From NCBI RefSeq assembly GCF_902459465.1, contig NC_047070.1, forward strand, positions 17,050,001 to 17,114,000: DNA of 64,000 nt, written 5' to 3'. The DNA is from Asterias rubens. Lineage: Eukaryota. Positions 37,501 through 52,500 of this stretch are shown piece by piece (position 1 is the first letter of the stretch; the number at the start of each line of letters is the position of its first letter). The notes beneath the pieces were generated by a model. The model made no database searches. It was not told where the DNA came from and saw nothing but the letters and a program-made list of their open reading frames with translations. Position numbers and translations under genes: made by a program.

Positions 37501-40500
37501 TCCTATGGGAAAGTTTATATTTTGTTCCAAGAGTTGTGAAAGTAAAAGCTGGACAAGTTTTGAGATGTGCCCCCCTTTCATCATATCAAAAGTTAATAAG
37601 AATTAGACAGTGCAATCTCCATAAAATACCAGATTTGATGTTTAAGCACCAAGACATATGCATGTACATTGTACACATGTATCCGGAAGTGTAACAGGAA
37701 ATATGCAATGTACACTGGTGCACTCAGGTTTTGACTTTAGCCAGAATGTAGGATTGGGAAATTGAGAGTCGTGAGCGATCGTTTCCACAAAGAGTTACAC
37801 GTGTACATGTATGGTATAAGCTTGATCTTAACTTTGAAACAATCTCAAAGTTGTTCACATGGAGTCCTTACTAAAAAAATTTTTTTAAATGCAACGGTTT
37901 GAGTAGGGCTGGTTTACGTGAGTGTGAGGAATTATTCATCTGAAATTTTGTTTATGAGTTTCCATTTGTCATGTTTCTGCGGACGTACATTTACTTCCTT
38001 GCTCACAGCAGTACATGTATATGTACATATCACCCATGGAAATGTTGAGTTGTACATTCCATTGTTTTGCTTGAGTCAGTGGAGTATGACTTTCAAATTA
38101 TTTCTGTTTAAATGGAAGGAAGTCAGCGATGAATAAATCAACAGCGTGCAGTTGAAATTATCCTTAGATTCGTTATACTGTATGTTGCATTGGTATAAAT
38201 TATCGTCATCAGTTGATTTGGTTATCTAGAATACATTAACGTGTATTTGTCAACAATTTGGAAATCTTGTATGATGTAAGTAATACACTGTGAATTAATG
38301 AAATGAAAGGGAAACATGTATGATCCTGCTATGGGCAGTTGCAGTTCCGTTACATGAGATGGCAGAAAAAAATTCACAGGATAGAAACTTGTGTAGAATA
38401 TAATGAAGAAAAAAAACACTGAAAAGTTAAGGTACAGCATACATGTAAATGTATGTAGACCTGGACCTGATTTCAAGCTTCATGAAATTAGGTCCTGATC
38501 ATTCCAAGTCAGCGTGGTTCACTGTTTCTATGAACATCTGTTGTGTCATATTTCATCTTGTATATTTCCCCTTTCTTCATTTTTCTACCTCAGGATGTTG
38601 TGGAAACAGATAAATAAAGTGAAGGAGAATCGCCGTCCTGACCGTAAAAAAACAAAGAATCCATTTTCAGGATCACGGTAAGTGTCGTAAAAATTCAAAA
38701 TTCATAAAAAAAATTCCCTGAAGCTCTGTCTGGTGTTTTAGATTATTATTTTTGAAAAAATAGAGGTTCAAGATTATTGAGACCTACCTGTACATTACCA
38801 ATACAAAGTAAAGAAATTATAAATTTTGAGTTTGTAATTATTTGATAATCCTCCAGGACTTCTGCCTCTCCTTGGGTTGGCTTTAGTGGTATCTTTCCTC
38901 ACCTTCTACCTCTAGGACCCCGGTTGGAATCACGCCCTCCTGTATGATTCGGGTTTTCAGTCTCTACTTGACTGCATCCATGGTTTTTCCTAGAATAATT
39001 CTTTTGGGTTTCCCTCCCATATCTAAAAACCTTAAACTTCCTTACTTATCTTCTCTACATTTGGGTTCTTGCCTAGTACAGTGGTTAAGTTTTTATTTCT
39101 AATAGTCTTTGGCTTCACAACCAGAATAAATTTAGAATGGTCTTTTGCTTATCAAGGAATTTCAGACTGCTTCCAATCAGGGGCTCGACCCTTTTCCCAT
39201 TGTGGAAGATTCCATAAGATTTGTATTTTGATAGTACATTGTGTAAACTTAAGATGGTTCCATTTGATAGATGGGGTGCCAGTGAGAAGAGGCCACCTCA
39301 AGCGCCAGAGCCGGATTATAACCAACCACCCCCGTCTCCCGGTAGACGAGATGACGGAAGTGAAGGTACGAACAGACAGTCCTCTGTCTTAATTTATTAA
39401 TAATTTAAAAGCTATTTTAAAAAGTACTCTCTGCTAAAACATATATGACTTGAACTGTTTCTAGCTACTGGGCAATCTCGCTGGTGTAAGGTAAGACTCT
39501 GCTCTAGAATTAAACAGGTCATGGTTTGGAATCCCACCCGAGGTTCACAGAGCTTGGGAAAGTACTGTATACAGTGCTAACACACATCAGTGAATATGGG
39601 GAAAACAAAAATTACAATATTCCTTATCCCCGATGCAAAGTTCCATCTAATAAATTGAAAAGTTGGCAACGGTCCTACATGTACTCAGATGCATTTCAAG
39701 ACAAGACCAGGCATGCTAGGAGATGAAAGTTTGCTCTTTCAGAGCGATGTAGTTGCACAGCCATAATCATCTGTATACTTTTTATTACAAAGACACCAAA
39801 TGAACAACGGGTAAATATTGAGTTACTCTTTGGCGATCTTTTATTCGAAGAAAAAAAACTCACACAATTTTATTCATAATTTACACAGCGATTGATGTAA
39901 TGGATCATGTAAATAACATTATCAAAGATAACTGCTACATCAGTGGTTTTCAAACTTTTGCTCATAAAATTGACCAAAAATATGGGTACCCATGATTTTG
40001 GCTGTGCACTAAAGCATTTTGCGTTATTCACATATCATGTGCAAGGTGGGCAAGTGCCTAAAGCACCCCCCCCGCTCACCACTGTGGCCCTGGTTTGATC
40101 CCCGGCTAAAGGCCAAGATAGAACTAGAGCTGTGCATATTTTGATGCCCTTCGTTACTCGTCATTCATGGGTGCCAAGATGGCCTTGACCGCGCCAACCT
40201 TACTGTCTCTTGTATGGCCCTGATATTGTTACCTAACTAATTGGGTACTTGGTGATGAGTAACATGGGGGGGGGGGGGAAATAAATCTTATGGAGAAGTT
40301 TATACTGTGGATTGAAGTACATGTATTGGCTCATGAGTACAGTTCTGTTCACATACAGGGTTTGAATTTGAGGGGGAAATCCCGCAAGACCACAATGCTT
40401 GTTGCTCAAAATGTTTACTGGACCCGAATCATTTTTACAAGTCCAGAATCAAAATGAGAAAAATGTCTTCTGTGATTCTCATGATGAACTATGAACGTAT

Positions 40501-43500
40501 GAGTTGTCACTTCAGATACTGTACATAACGGCCTTGAAATTCCCTCTTGAAGGGGGCCAGCAATTTAACTCTGGTAAGGGGCACTCTAAGATTTTATTTT
40601 TTTAAAATTTGTCTTTGAACTTTGAAGAGGGCACAACAACAAAGGCACTTTGTGTGCCGTAGGTTATTTCGAGGCCTGCCCTATCTCTTGGGGGTCATTA
40701 AGATAGTCAATGTTAAACAATTTCAAACTTTTTTACTCGTCTTCTTTTAATTGTTTTTAACAAGACGTTGCCTACATGTAGCTTATTATTGGCTATGACC
40801 TGGCTATGACCTGGCTATGACCTGGCTATGACCTGGCTATGACCTGGCTATGACCTGGCTACGCAGAAGCCCCAGAAGCCATTTGCCATAGTTAGTTATA
40901 AAGGCCTATGTGTGTATGATCCAATGATGTTCTTAAACCTTTAATCTGTAGTTTCCATCTTTTGACCCGACAGACTGCAGGAATTTAGCATCTTCATTTA
41001 AAGGCCGAGGGTAAATGATTATTTTGTGTCTGTGAAGTAACCGTTGTACACAGATAATCTGAGAATGCCTGTGTTTATGCATGCCGAAATCTATGTTGTT
41101 TCTAGGGGCTAGGCCATAAACACGTACTTGATTTTCTCCTCTTTGTGTGGTTTTCTTTGCTTGTTGGGTCGGGATGCTATGCTACTTTACATTAAATGGT
41201 CTGCAGTATTGGTACATGTTTAATTTTTGTTCCTAAATCTGTCTTTCTGTTAGTTGTTCTGAAATGTATTTTTCTAGGCTGAGCAAGAGGCTGTGTGTGT
41301 TTTCGCAGTCTGACCATAGTTTTACTAACACTAAATGAATAGCGTTTTTTTCTAGCAAACCTTATCCTGTGATGCTCTATACGAAGGGTATAAAAGTAAA
41401 CATAACTTTGTGTTTATCACAACTGTACAGTGTGTGATGACTTGGTAAATGTATGTGCGAATGTTGTTTGCATTCATAATTTTATCTGTTTCAATACCCT
41501 TTGTTAAATTGTGACTGTTGGTTTTGTGCATTTTATGTAAGAGGCTTATGGTGATAAGTTCCTTCTACATTTTGTTTTAATCCTTTAGATAGACCTAAGA
41601 TTAATCCTAAGTTTGGAAGAGTTTGGTGAAATCGACGGCAGAGGTCATTGGTTCAAATCCCGCTCTAGTAAATTGTTCTTACATGTAATTTGTTTGTTCA
41701 GCACTTTAATATTTAAACTTATTCTCTCAGTAAATACAGTACTTTGTTCACTTGTCATTATTCTTTTATTTTGTTATTTTGTATTACAGAGGAAAACTGC
41801 TGGGGAAGTGATTTCAGCAATGATGAAGATGTAAGTAAAATAAAAAAATAAACATGCTTCGCATCCTTCGGATGAGCTGTGTTGGTCCTGTGTGTTGTGT
41901 ACCGCACAAGAACCCAGTGCACTTATTAAATAGAAAAGGGGTTCGCCCTGGTGTTCCTGGTTAGTATGCCATTTGGCATGTTTGATTGGCAGCATACATG
42001 TATTGTGCCACAGCACCTTGTAAACCATTACATGGTGATACAACATGTATGTGAAATGAGTGTAGGTTTCATGTAATCCAACATATTGCAGGAAATACTG
42101 AAAGTTAAAAGCTCCTCGCGAGCGTCACTGAGTGATGCATAATGCGCACTAATAAAAAGAAGCTCTGGTGTTAGGAACAGGCGCTTTAACAAATTCCTTG
42201 TCATTATTATTATTATTTGCAAATTTTCTGATTTGTTTCATCTCTGGCTTATAATCAGGAATTTGAGCAAGCAGAAGACAACCCAGCATTGCTACAAGGA
42301 AATACCCAAGGTAAATAAACCACAAACTGATTTTCAAATAATTGTTGTTGGAGCATGTAAACTTTCTTGTTAACGACCAAGGGAAGTGGAGAGCTGTTGG
42401 TAGTATAAAACACTGTGAGAAACGGCTCCCTCTGAAGTAACATAGTTTTTAGAAAGAGCTAGTTTCTCACATCTTAAAAGACTTCAGTCTTTTATTAGGC
42501 ATCTGAAAGCATACAACTTGTTGTAATAAGGGTGTTTTTTCCCTGTCATCATTCTTCTGCAACTTCAATGACCAGTTGAGTCCAAATTTGCACAATTTTG
42601 TTGTTTTATACAAACATACATGTATGTTGTGATACACCAAGTGAGGATCTTTGACAACTACCATCATTACCAAATGTTTCAATTGCCTTTAATGCCTTTG
42701 ATTACGAATTGCACAACTCAACTTAGTTTGGATGCGTAGAATCCTCAACACCACATGAATCGGTGTTTGTGTCGTTCAATTCTCTCCCCAGGCCTCAATT
42801 GATCGGATGTGATCTATTTACACTCACTTCCCCTCCTTGACAGGTCAGAAAGGTCATGCAATAACTGTGCCTGTAATTAAAGGGGGGAAGGGGGTAGTGT
42901 ACAAGGGGTAGATCTCATAATTCAAACGTAGTCCCACATACATGTACACAGGATAATACTGTATGCTAAAGCGCCTTGAGCGTCACTGAGCAACGGATAT
43001 GCGCTATATAAGAAGCCACTATAATTACTATTTTGTATATTATTACAACACAGACGTCTAAAATTTATTCCGAGAATCAACCTATTAATGTTTCTCTCCT
43101 GATATTTGTTTCAATGAAACTTAACAATTCTCCCACAATGATGTTTTTTTCAGGACGTACTGTGAGCTACAATGGATCATCTACTTCCTCATTCACCAAT
43201 CTGGTAAGTCAGATAATATTCTCAACATGTTTATTTCTACATGTAGTTTATTTCCAAAGGGAAATCCTGTTTTGGCATGATACTTCACAGAGGCAACAGA
43301 GGCAATTGCCTCCATGCCCCCTTGTCATTGCCTTGGTGCTCTTAGAATGATCCAATAGAAATTTACCATTTCCTCATAGGGTGCCCTTTACCAACTGACC
43401 AAGGAGAAAAATGCCTTGGTGCCCTTACCCATTCAAAAGCAATTTAGCATACAGGCCTGTGTACATTTACATGTACTTGTAGTTTATTTTTGAAGGGAAA

Positions 43501-46500
43501 TCCTTTTGTGTGGTTTTGTTCCAGTTATGGCCATAGAGGTCAGTTGAGTATGACAGCCCATGAGTTTTACATGTACTTTGAGAGGGCAACTGGCCATATG
43601 CATTTCACAAAGGCCATTTCCGTTGGAAACCTTTGAAGGGACACCTAAGGCCAAGTCTAGGTGCAACAGTAAACAGAAAAATAAAGAGGGACATGAATGA
43701 AATTTGTTGCTGGAATATTTTGTAGACTTGTTTGTGTATGATGTCAACAGTCACTTAAAGTTATTAAACTTATTATAGAAGTTAGCAATTGGTTCCATAT
43801 TTGGTAATAATGTCAAAGACCAGTATCCTCACGTGGTGTATCCCAACATTGGTTATGCATAAAATAACAGACCTGTAAAGATTTTGACTCATAATGAAAG
43901 AAGAAAAAAAAACAGTGCTGCATTCATGCCCGAAGCCTTTCTCAGATTTTAAATATTTGTGGTGAAACATTACCTCTTTCTCAGAACTACATTACCTCAA
44001 AGGGGCTCGTCTCTAACAACGTTTTATAATATCAACAGCTCTCGAGTAATGTAAAATCCCCAAATTACTCTTTTTCAGCCCGGGTCTGTCTTCAGACGAA
44101 AGCTAGAAAACATTGTGTCTTGCACACAGCGACCTTTAAGTGACCCCATCAATCCATTTAGTATACCCTGGATGACGCAGTTAAAAAACCAAGCAATACC
44201 ATCCAAATTGCACAACAAGTTCCTCAGCGGTGCTGCACAACAGCTACACGACTTGTCAAAAAGTGACCCGGACATACGATCGAGGCAGAACCAAGTAAAT
44301 CAGACAGGAAATATTGCTCTGCTTCCAAAAAAATAAGACCCATAATTGCAAGTCATTGGTCATGGCACAGGCACATAATAAAGCAGCTCTTGATATCAAA
44401 AGTAGTATTGAATGGGTGTTTAAGGGCCCCAGTTGTGGTGACTGGGGGTAAAGTCTCAAGATTGACTGTACGGTCAGACCTTTATACCATGTTCATACAG
44501 CTCTGCAACCTCATGAAGACCATGCCATTCACCACGTTCTCAAAAAGTGATGGAGTTGTACTGCTTCTATTTCGAAAGCATCGCTTGCTGACTTGCTGTC
44601 ACTATGATTACACCTAAATCCATCAATGCCGACAAAGTGGTTCTACTTCGAAATAGTTGCCGACAGTGCTGCTTTTTTATTCATCCACAGAGATCTCACC
44701 ACGATGCTACCTCGCTGCTTGTACGATAATAATGGCGTTCCCACTACATTCTTAACAAGACTTTGCCCACCTTTTGGCCATGACCAGGCTACGCTTATTT
44801 TGAACACATTCAAAACCAGCATTGGGAGAGAATGTAGCTATACGGCCTAGGAGATCCGCCCCGACCAAACCATGCTAACTAAGATCCTCCCATGTTTGGC
44901 CCATGATTGGCCACGCTCTTGGCCACTTTTTTATCGTGGAGGAAACGCCATCTATGTGTAACCAGGGTATTAAAGGAACTGGGATCGACTCCTTCATTAT
45001 TGATCCTATTCATCTGGCATGTCTTGGATGATTGTTTGGGGGGGGGAACTATTATTAAAAGGAAATCAAAATCTACAGTTTATGATTCAATTAAAAAGCA
45101 GCTGATTTCTCTGATTGCTTTTCATGCTTTTGAAACTTTCAGAATACAAATTACCTTTCGCTTTTGCGGTTCTTCACAGCATTTCAGATTGCGAATCCCT
45201 CATTCACAACATCGTCATCAACACTCGTCATCTTTACACGCTCACATTCTGCCATGTTCTCTTGTGCACATACCTATTACTTCACTCTCCGTTCCGTCGT
45301 TTCACAAGACTGTGGGATGCTATTCCACAAAACCTCCGTGATGGTACTGTAACTTGTCCTCTGTCTTCGTTTTCTTCCCTTCGAATCGGCCCAGGAGCGT
45401 GCAAGTGTGGGAACTTGATCTTTACCCCTCTTGTTTTCATGTATGTTTTTCTTGCATAATTGAGGAATGCATATGTGGGACAACATGCTTTCGAGCAACA
45501 GTGGTTTAGTTTACTTTTGTTGTCCCTGACTTTTCTTGTCCTTTTTGGGGGTATTTTTCTCGTTTCATTCCCGGATTAAATTTGTGTACTTGCTTGTTCC
45601 CCTCATACACACTTATTTTCCATTGTTCTAGCTACTGTACCCTCAAGTCATCATCAGTCAATTCAATGTTACTCTATTTTTGTGCTTCTTTACAGTTTTT
45701 AACACCATACACATTTTTAATATACTCACCATGCTTTTTAAAGAAAAACTTCTCAACATCACTACTTCCAATGATACAGTGTTTAATATAAATATTGTTT
45801 TGATTTACAGAGTTCAAGTGCATCTGGGAAGGAGGATGACTCCAGCCTGTACCTCGCTCCCAACACAGGTAACACTGTTTTCCCAACTAAATAAACAGGG
45901 CCCAAATTTCATAGAGCTGCTTGATAACAACATTTTGCTCATCAGCATCAGACCGGGAATTTCATCTGAAAAGGGCAAGGCCATTATCATTTTGTAAAGG
46001 GCACTTCTACTGGAAAGTCTTAAAGTCAATTGGAAACTTTTGAACGCCACCAATTAAGACCAGCGGCAACAGAGGCCCTGGCCTCAGTGGCTTGCGTGTA
46101 ATTCTAGGCCTGGCTTATTGCTGTGTTCGTTTACACAATAATAAGAAAGACAAATTTGCAGGATACCATTCACAGGTGGTGTTTTTCATGTGGAATGGCA
46201 TTGTGGATGGTTCCTCATCCTGGTAAGCATAATAAGGTCCCTTAAGTGCTCAAGCAGCTCCTTAAATTTGGGTCCAGGTCTCTATGTGTTACCCCCAACC
46301 CCACCCAGCCACTTTTCGTAACCCTAACCCTAACCCAACCCAGCCACTTTTCCATGCATCTACACGTGTGCAGTAATAGTCAGTTAGTACACAAACATGT
46401 ATCTGGTTTGAACAGAAGACTTCCACGTTTGTCCGTGTTGTGATCTTTATTTTTTACTATGATATGAACTGTTTAGAGACCACAGCGGCCGCAAACTGCT

Positions 46501-49500
46501 TGTACCAAAATGCCCATAGCAACCACGGTTGGTCGCAGGATACATGTATGTCCTGCTTCCTGAGTGAGTCAAAAAAAAAGTTACCAATGTTTCCCATGTT
46601 AACATTGAATCAACAAACTCTTAAAACAAAACCAAGTAAACATTTCTTAATAATTTTCCTGTAATTGTCCGTAAAGATTAACAGGCCCAAAAAATCCCTA
46701 ATGCCTGGGTGTATAGTGATGATTAGACAGAAATGAACAGTCTCTAAAGGGGTGTTTTTTTTCATTTGGTATCAAGTTATCCTTTAATAATGTAACAAGT
46801 TCCCATTTTACAATAACCCTATCAATGCCCTTTACATTAGTGCACTGGTCATTGGGCCAAAACACTCCCTTATCTTTCTCAAATGTTAGGCCATTAACTA
46901 ATGTTGGGGAGAATGAATTGAAAATGTGCATGACAAGTTGAAGTCATTGGACCCTTTCGGTACAGAAACAAACAAAAAAATTCACAGATTTTCAAATAAC
47001 TTACAGGGTTTACAGAAGGTAGTGGTGAAAGACTTCTCTTGAAATATTATTCCATTAAATGCTTTACTTTTTGAGAAAACAGTAAAACAATATCAATTCT
47101 CGATAGCGAGAATTACGGTTTTTATTTTAAACACATGTCATGACACGGCGAAACGCGCGGATACAAGGGTGGGTTTTCCCGTTATGTTCTCCCGACTCCG
47201 ATGACCGATTGAGCCTAAATTTTCACAGGTTTGTTATTTGATATAGAAGTTGTGAAACACGAAGTGGGGACCTTGGACAATACTGTTTACCGAAAGGGTC
47301 CAATGGCTTTAAACATAAAATGTGTCTCTAGATAAAGCTGTGATTTTAATGTTGTTTATGTTTCCTTCCTCTTCCACCCCCCACAATCATGTCTTGCTTT
47401 TACCTTCATCCACCATACCTGATGGATTTTGCTTGTATTTTTGTTGCTGTCATTGGCTTTTTATTTGCACTTTTGTTTTTGGTCATCCATTCTCACAACC
47501 ATCATCATTATCAATGGGATCATTTAACCACTAACCAAATCACTGATGTTTCTGATCATCTGGATATCATTTTCAAAATCACTAATGTTCCTGTCAAATC
47601 ACCCTTCTTGATTAAAATCACTAATATTTCCATCAAATCACCCATATCATTTGAAAAATAACTTGTGATTCTATCAAAACCATATATTCTTTTTTTAAAT
47701 CTTAAATGTTTCTATCAAATCACTAATGATCTTATAATCACTCATATCATTATCAAAAATCATAAATCAATCAATCAAAATTACCTTTATCATTTTCAAA
47801 ATCACATTTCTATCAAATCAACTGTATCAATTTTCAAATTAACTATAACTCAATCAAACATCATAATCATTCATTCCATTGTCGAATATCATGAATGGTT
47901 CAATCACCATAAAAAAAATTCAAAATCGGTTTTACCAAAATCGCCTATATTGCTTTCAAATAAACAAAATTTACCATATTGTCACTGAAAACTCTTCCCG
48001 AATCACTGCATGAAAATCACCACATCATATAATCACCTTACTGCTTTATCATAAAACATTGTTTTTGCCTCACCCCCCTCTGGTCTCAACATTCACATAC
48101 AAGTAGATGAAGATTTTGATCAGACATATGAAGTACCGAGTGAACAGATGAACAGCTCATATGGTGATGGTAAGAATTCATTCACCTCTTCAGATCATAA
48201 TCACAGGAACCCGCCATTTTGTTCGTCCCAGGTCCACGGTTTCATTGATTGATCTTTGGCATCTGGGCCAAAGGTCAATAGCCTTTTTGAGGTATGGAGG
48301 ATGCTATATTAGGGAGGTTTAGCTGCACAATAAGCGTGCAACAATTGCAACAGTGATGTGAACATGAATGTTACACAATTTATTTTGGTTTTTAAAATCT
48401 CACATTTTAAGCATATGTGAAGCTACCATTTTTCATGTCAGGTACGTACACGCAGACGTCATACGTAAGCATGAAATAAGCCCCAAAGTGGTGAACTCAC
48501 CTAGAAACAACACAATTTTCTGACATTCACCTTCACAATTTTGCTCCTGTTACGTGCAGCTAGATTTGTACTGATTGGTTTGGGTGTAAAGTATAGTAAT
48601 AGTGTCAAAATTGCTTATTAAGCTTTCTAAGCTGTGGCCTGTCGTAGCTGAGAGATCAAGCGCACCGGACTCAAGCTGTTGTGTATCTGATCAGTAGAGT
48701 CTGGGTTCGAGACCTCGTGTTGACACACATATTATTACATAGAATACTGTCCACTAAACAGGCATGATATTCTTCCAAGTGTGTTTGGTCAGCAGAGTAT
48801 GGGTTCAAGTCCTGGTCGTGACACCTGTGTTCTTTAAAAGCAAGACATCTTACCATTATTGTTTTATCCTTCGGATGGGAAATACAATGTAAAACCATTC
48901 GTAGTGCACGTGAAAGAACCTGGGGTGGATTTCACAAAGAGTTAAGACAAGTCTTGTCTCAAGTTACTTATCCTAACATAGGACTAGCCTTAAGTTTTTA
49001 ATATCTCCTAGGACTATTCCTAAGTTAGGACTAGTTCTAACTCTTTCTGAAATGGACCCCAGGTTACACTTATTGCTCAGAGAAGGCGTTTGCCTCGGTG
49101 TTTCTGGCAGAAGACGAGCAGAGTATAGTGTTCAAAACATTGAGACCGAACCGGCTCTTTTCAGAGCCAAAACACTCACACAAAAGAGATTTCAAACATG
49201 GTTGTACCCGCAAGTTTACTCATCATTTACAGACCCTGGGACCTTTGTTTACAATAAGTTTGACCTTGTACTTTATTGAGTTTTTCAATTGGACAAGATA
49301 CTGCATCATCACTGTATAAATTTCATCAGAAATCCAAGAGTTAGAAAAGTAACAGTTTAGATTTGAGATGTGCCCCATTTCATCATATCAAAAGTTGATA
49401 AAAATCAGACAGTGCCAATCTCCACAAAGTATAAGATTTTATGTTGTCTTCCATTGAGCTGTGTACAAATTGTAACTGCAGGAGGTCCAGGCTTGGTGAC

Positions 49501-52500
49501 TCTTTTGTAAACATGTGATGTCACAGGTCACATCGTCTATACTGTAGTTACCTTTTAAAATATGTACACTTGTTTCTCATTTGATCATGATATGAATTTT
49601 TTTTTATAGATGCAGGTGATGAGATATACGATGTACCCCATGATGAAGAAGAAAGTAAGTTTCTCGCATCTTTAAGATTATCTTTGACATTCTTGTTACG
49701 AATGATGTGGCTGATGGTTTGTTGTGTGTCACACTGACACAAATTTGAGGAACTATGAAGGAACGAGGCATTACGGACCCATTAAGTTATACACGATCAG
49801 CCTAAACTGCATACAGTTAGTGTATTGCAAGACCAAAGAAGAAAGAGAGTGGACCAGTTACTCTATGACTTGATGCCTCTTTTGCGGATTAACTTGAGCA
49901 GGTGTCCTACGGAACTGTCCACGGAGATTCTGTCCTTCATATGGGAAATTAACATGGGCTGAAGGAGGATGTTTCAAAAGAGGGCGTTATCAGAAGAAGT
50001 TTGTACACAGTTCAATGTATGGGGGACAGAACCTCCTGCCTCAGGGGCTTGTGTAGTGGGTCGGCCACAATGGTAAAACATGCTGATTATTATTTACATT
50101 TTGTCTTTTTGCCTTCCAGATAATCACCAAGCATTTCAAAAAAGACATCCTGGTGGGGTGAGTCAATTAATTCTTCTTTTAGTGTTTGTCTTAGACTATT
50201 GAAGATTTCCCACTTACAGACCTGTGTGATTCGTTTTTGAAAGGGCAAGGGCACCAAGGCATTTTCTCCTTGGTAAAGGGCATCTTATGAGGGAGTTGTA
50301 AGTTCCTACTGGAGCATTTCAAGTGAATTGAGATAGTTCAACTGAACTTGAGGCGTAGAGCAAAGACTCCTTTCTTTCACCTGAGGAAATAAACTGCATG
50401 TTCAGCGTCAAAGTACACAGTTCAATATTTGGGACACTGAACTATTAAAGGCAGTATATACTTTTGGAAATTGTCAAAGACCAGTATCCTCACATGGTGT
50501 ATCCCATCAACATAGGCATTTGCATTAAAAAGCAAACCTGTGAAAATGTGGGGGTTGAAAAATGACAGAAAAACATGTTGCATAGAATTGTGTGCTTTCA
50601 GATTCTCAGGTTCACGAAAACTGCATTACCTCAAACGGGGTTGTTTTGTATTGTTTTTAAGCAATGTTTTATACTACACTAACCAACAGCTCTCCGGTGC
50701 TCTTTACCAAGTATTTTAAATGGCCATTAATTGCTGGAGTAATTACCAAAGAATACACTCCCTTGATATAATCCAAACGTTTGAAAAGACTTACAACCCA
50801 TTACAAGTATCCGTTTCCTTATGATTAAAAATATGTTTGTGTCGTTTGTTTCCTTTTTGTTTCACATGTACAGGGAAGATCCGTTAGCCCACTTCCTCAA
50901 GTGTAAGTTGATAACTTTATGCAAGCAAGTTTAGTGTCAAAACACTAATGTACAAATATTGGATGCTTATTAAGTGCTGTGCCGTTGTATACAATCATGA
51001 GGTGTAATCTGGACTCTTCCATTTCACAACGAGGTGAAGTTGATTTGAATGGAAAGGGCCAGCTGTCATGGAGTGATTATATCCTGTAATAACGCAAGAA
51101 CGAAGTGCATTCAATATTTGTTTTGATGTTTATTTGGTTTGCCGTAACACCATGTGTGTATCTACTTGCTAGGTAGAGTTGTTCTTAGGGAACTGTCTTG
51201 CTATATTCTACTGCCGCGGAGTAGATAATCGGAGGTTTGGGAGACTTCTCAGTTCTGAAAAGAACTGTCCTGCTTTTTAACTATTACCAGGGCGGATGGT
51301 ATAGCAAAATAGACTGGACTACTACTTTAGCTTATAGGATCGTAATTAACTGTACTGCCACAGAGTCAGTTCGGAATTGGTCTCAACGTTTCGACTAGCT
51401 TGCTCTAGTCATCGTCATACATTGATACCTCACCATGCAATGCCTCAAATCCTATATACTATTTGTTTTGATATAACTTGCCACTTACCATTTATACAAA
51501 GAAGCAATTAAAGTAAAGTATCTTGCTCAAGGACAGGACCCAAACCCACATCATGATTAAACCACCAGAACTTGAATTTGATTCTCTAAACCATTCGGCA
51601 ATGAGACCCTACACAATATTTGTTATCCAGGATAATATAATAATGGCTTCTTACCTTTCATGTATAGAGCACTCATATCCGGCACTCAGTGACGCTCAAG
51701 GTGCTTTTAAGGGTCTATGTACTTTTTGTAGGACAAAAAACATAATGTCTACAGATTTACACTAAACTTACACAGTTTGAAGATAATGGTAGTAGAAAGC
51801 TTCCCTTCAAATATTACTTGCTGAGGTGCTGTAGTTTTTGGGAAATGAGTAAAACAATGTCATGAAAACAATTTTCGTCTCATGAGACGAAAATCATTTT
51901 AATCATTTACAAAAGTATTTTCATGACATTGTTTTACTCATTTCTCAAAATACTACAGCGCCTCAGTAAGTAAGATTTGAAGGGAAGCTTTCCACTATCA
52001 TTATCTTCAAACCCTGTAAGTTTAATGTAAATCTATGGACATTTTGAAAAAGTACCCAAATCCTTTAACATACAGTATTTTCCTGCAAGGTCACAGTGGG
52101 ACTATGTTTGATAATGAGACCTACTCCTACATACTTTAGCACCATGTAATGGTTTACAAGGTGCTGTGTCTAAATATGCTACCAATCATTGGGATAGGTT
52201 TAGGGAGAGCTGCAATATTTCTTTACTCTCTAAACTCGCCTGCTGAAGAAAGCAGTCTCCACTCATTGACCATTGTTTTTCTGGTTCAGAATCGCACCAA
52301 GGCCCCTGCCATGCCCTCCTCCTCATCTGCAAGCCCCTTGGCAGCAGCAGCAGCAGCAACATCCATCCCAAATGCTGGATCTTCCAGGTAGAATCAGCCC
52401 TCGACCACCACTGTCTCCACGTCACTACAAAAGAGCACCAGAGATCTCCCAAAAAGAGGTAAACTTGCACCTTCATTACCATTCGTCAAAGTTGATCAAA

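Noticed and set aside
46310-46345. CCCTAACCCTAACCC telomere-like motif
   Set aside because: Only about two units; common in interspersed repeats.
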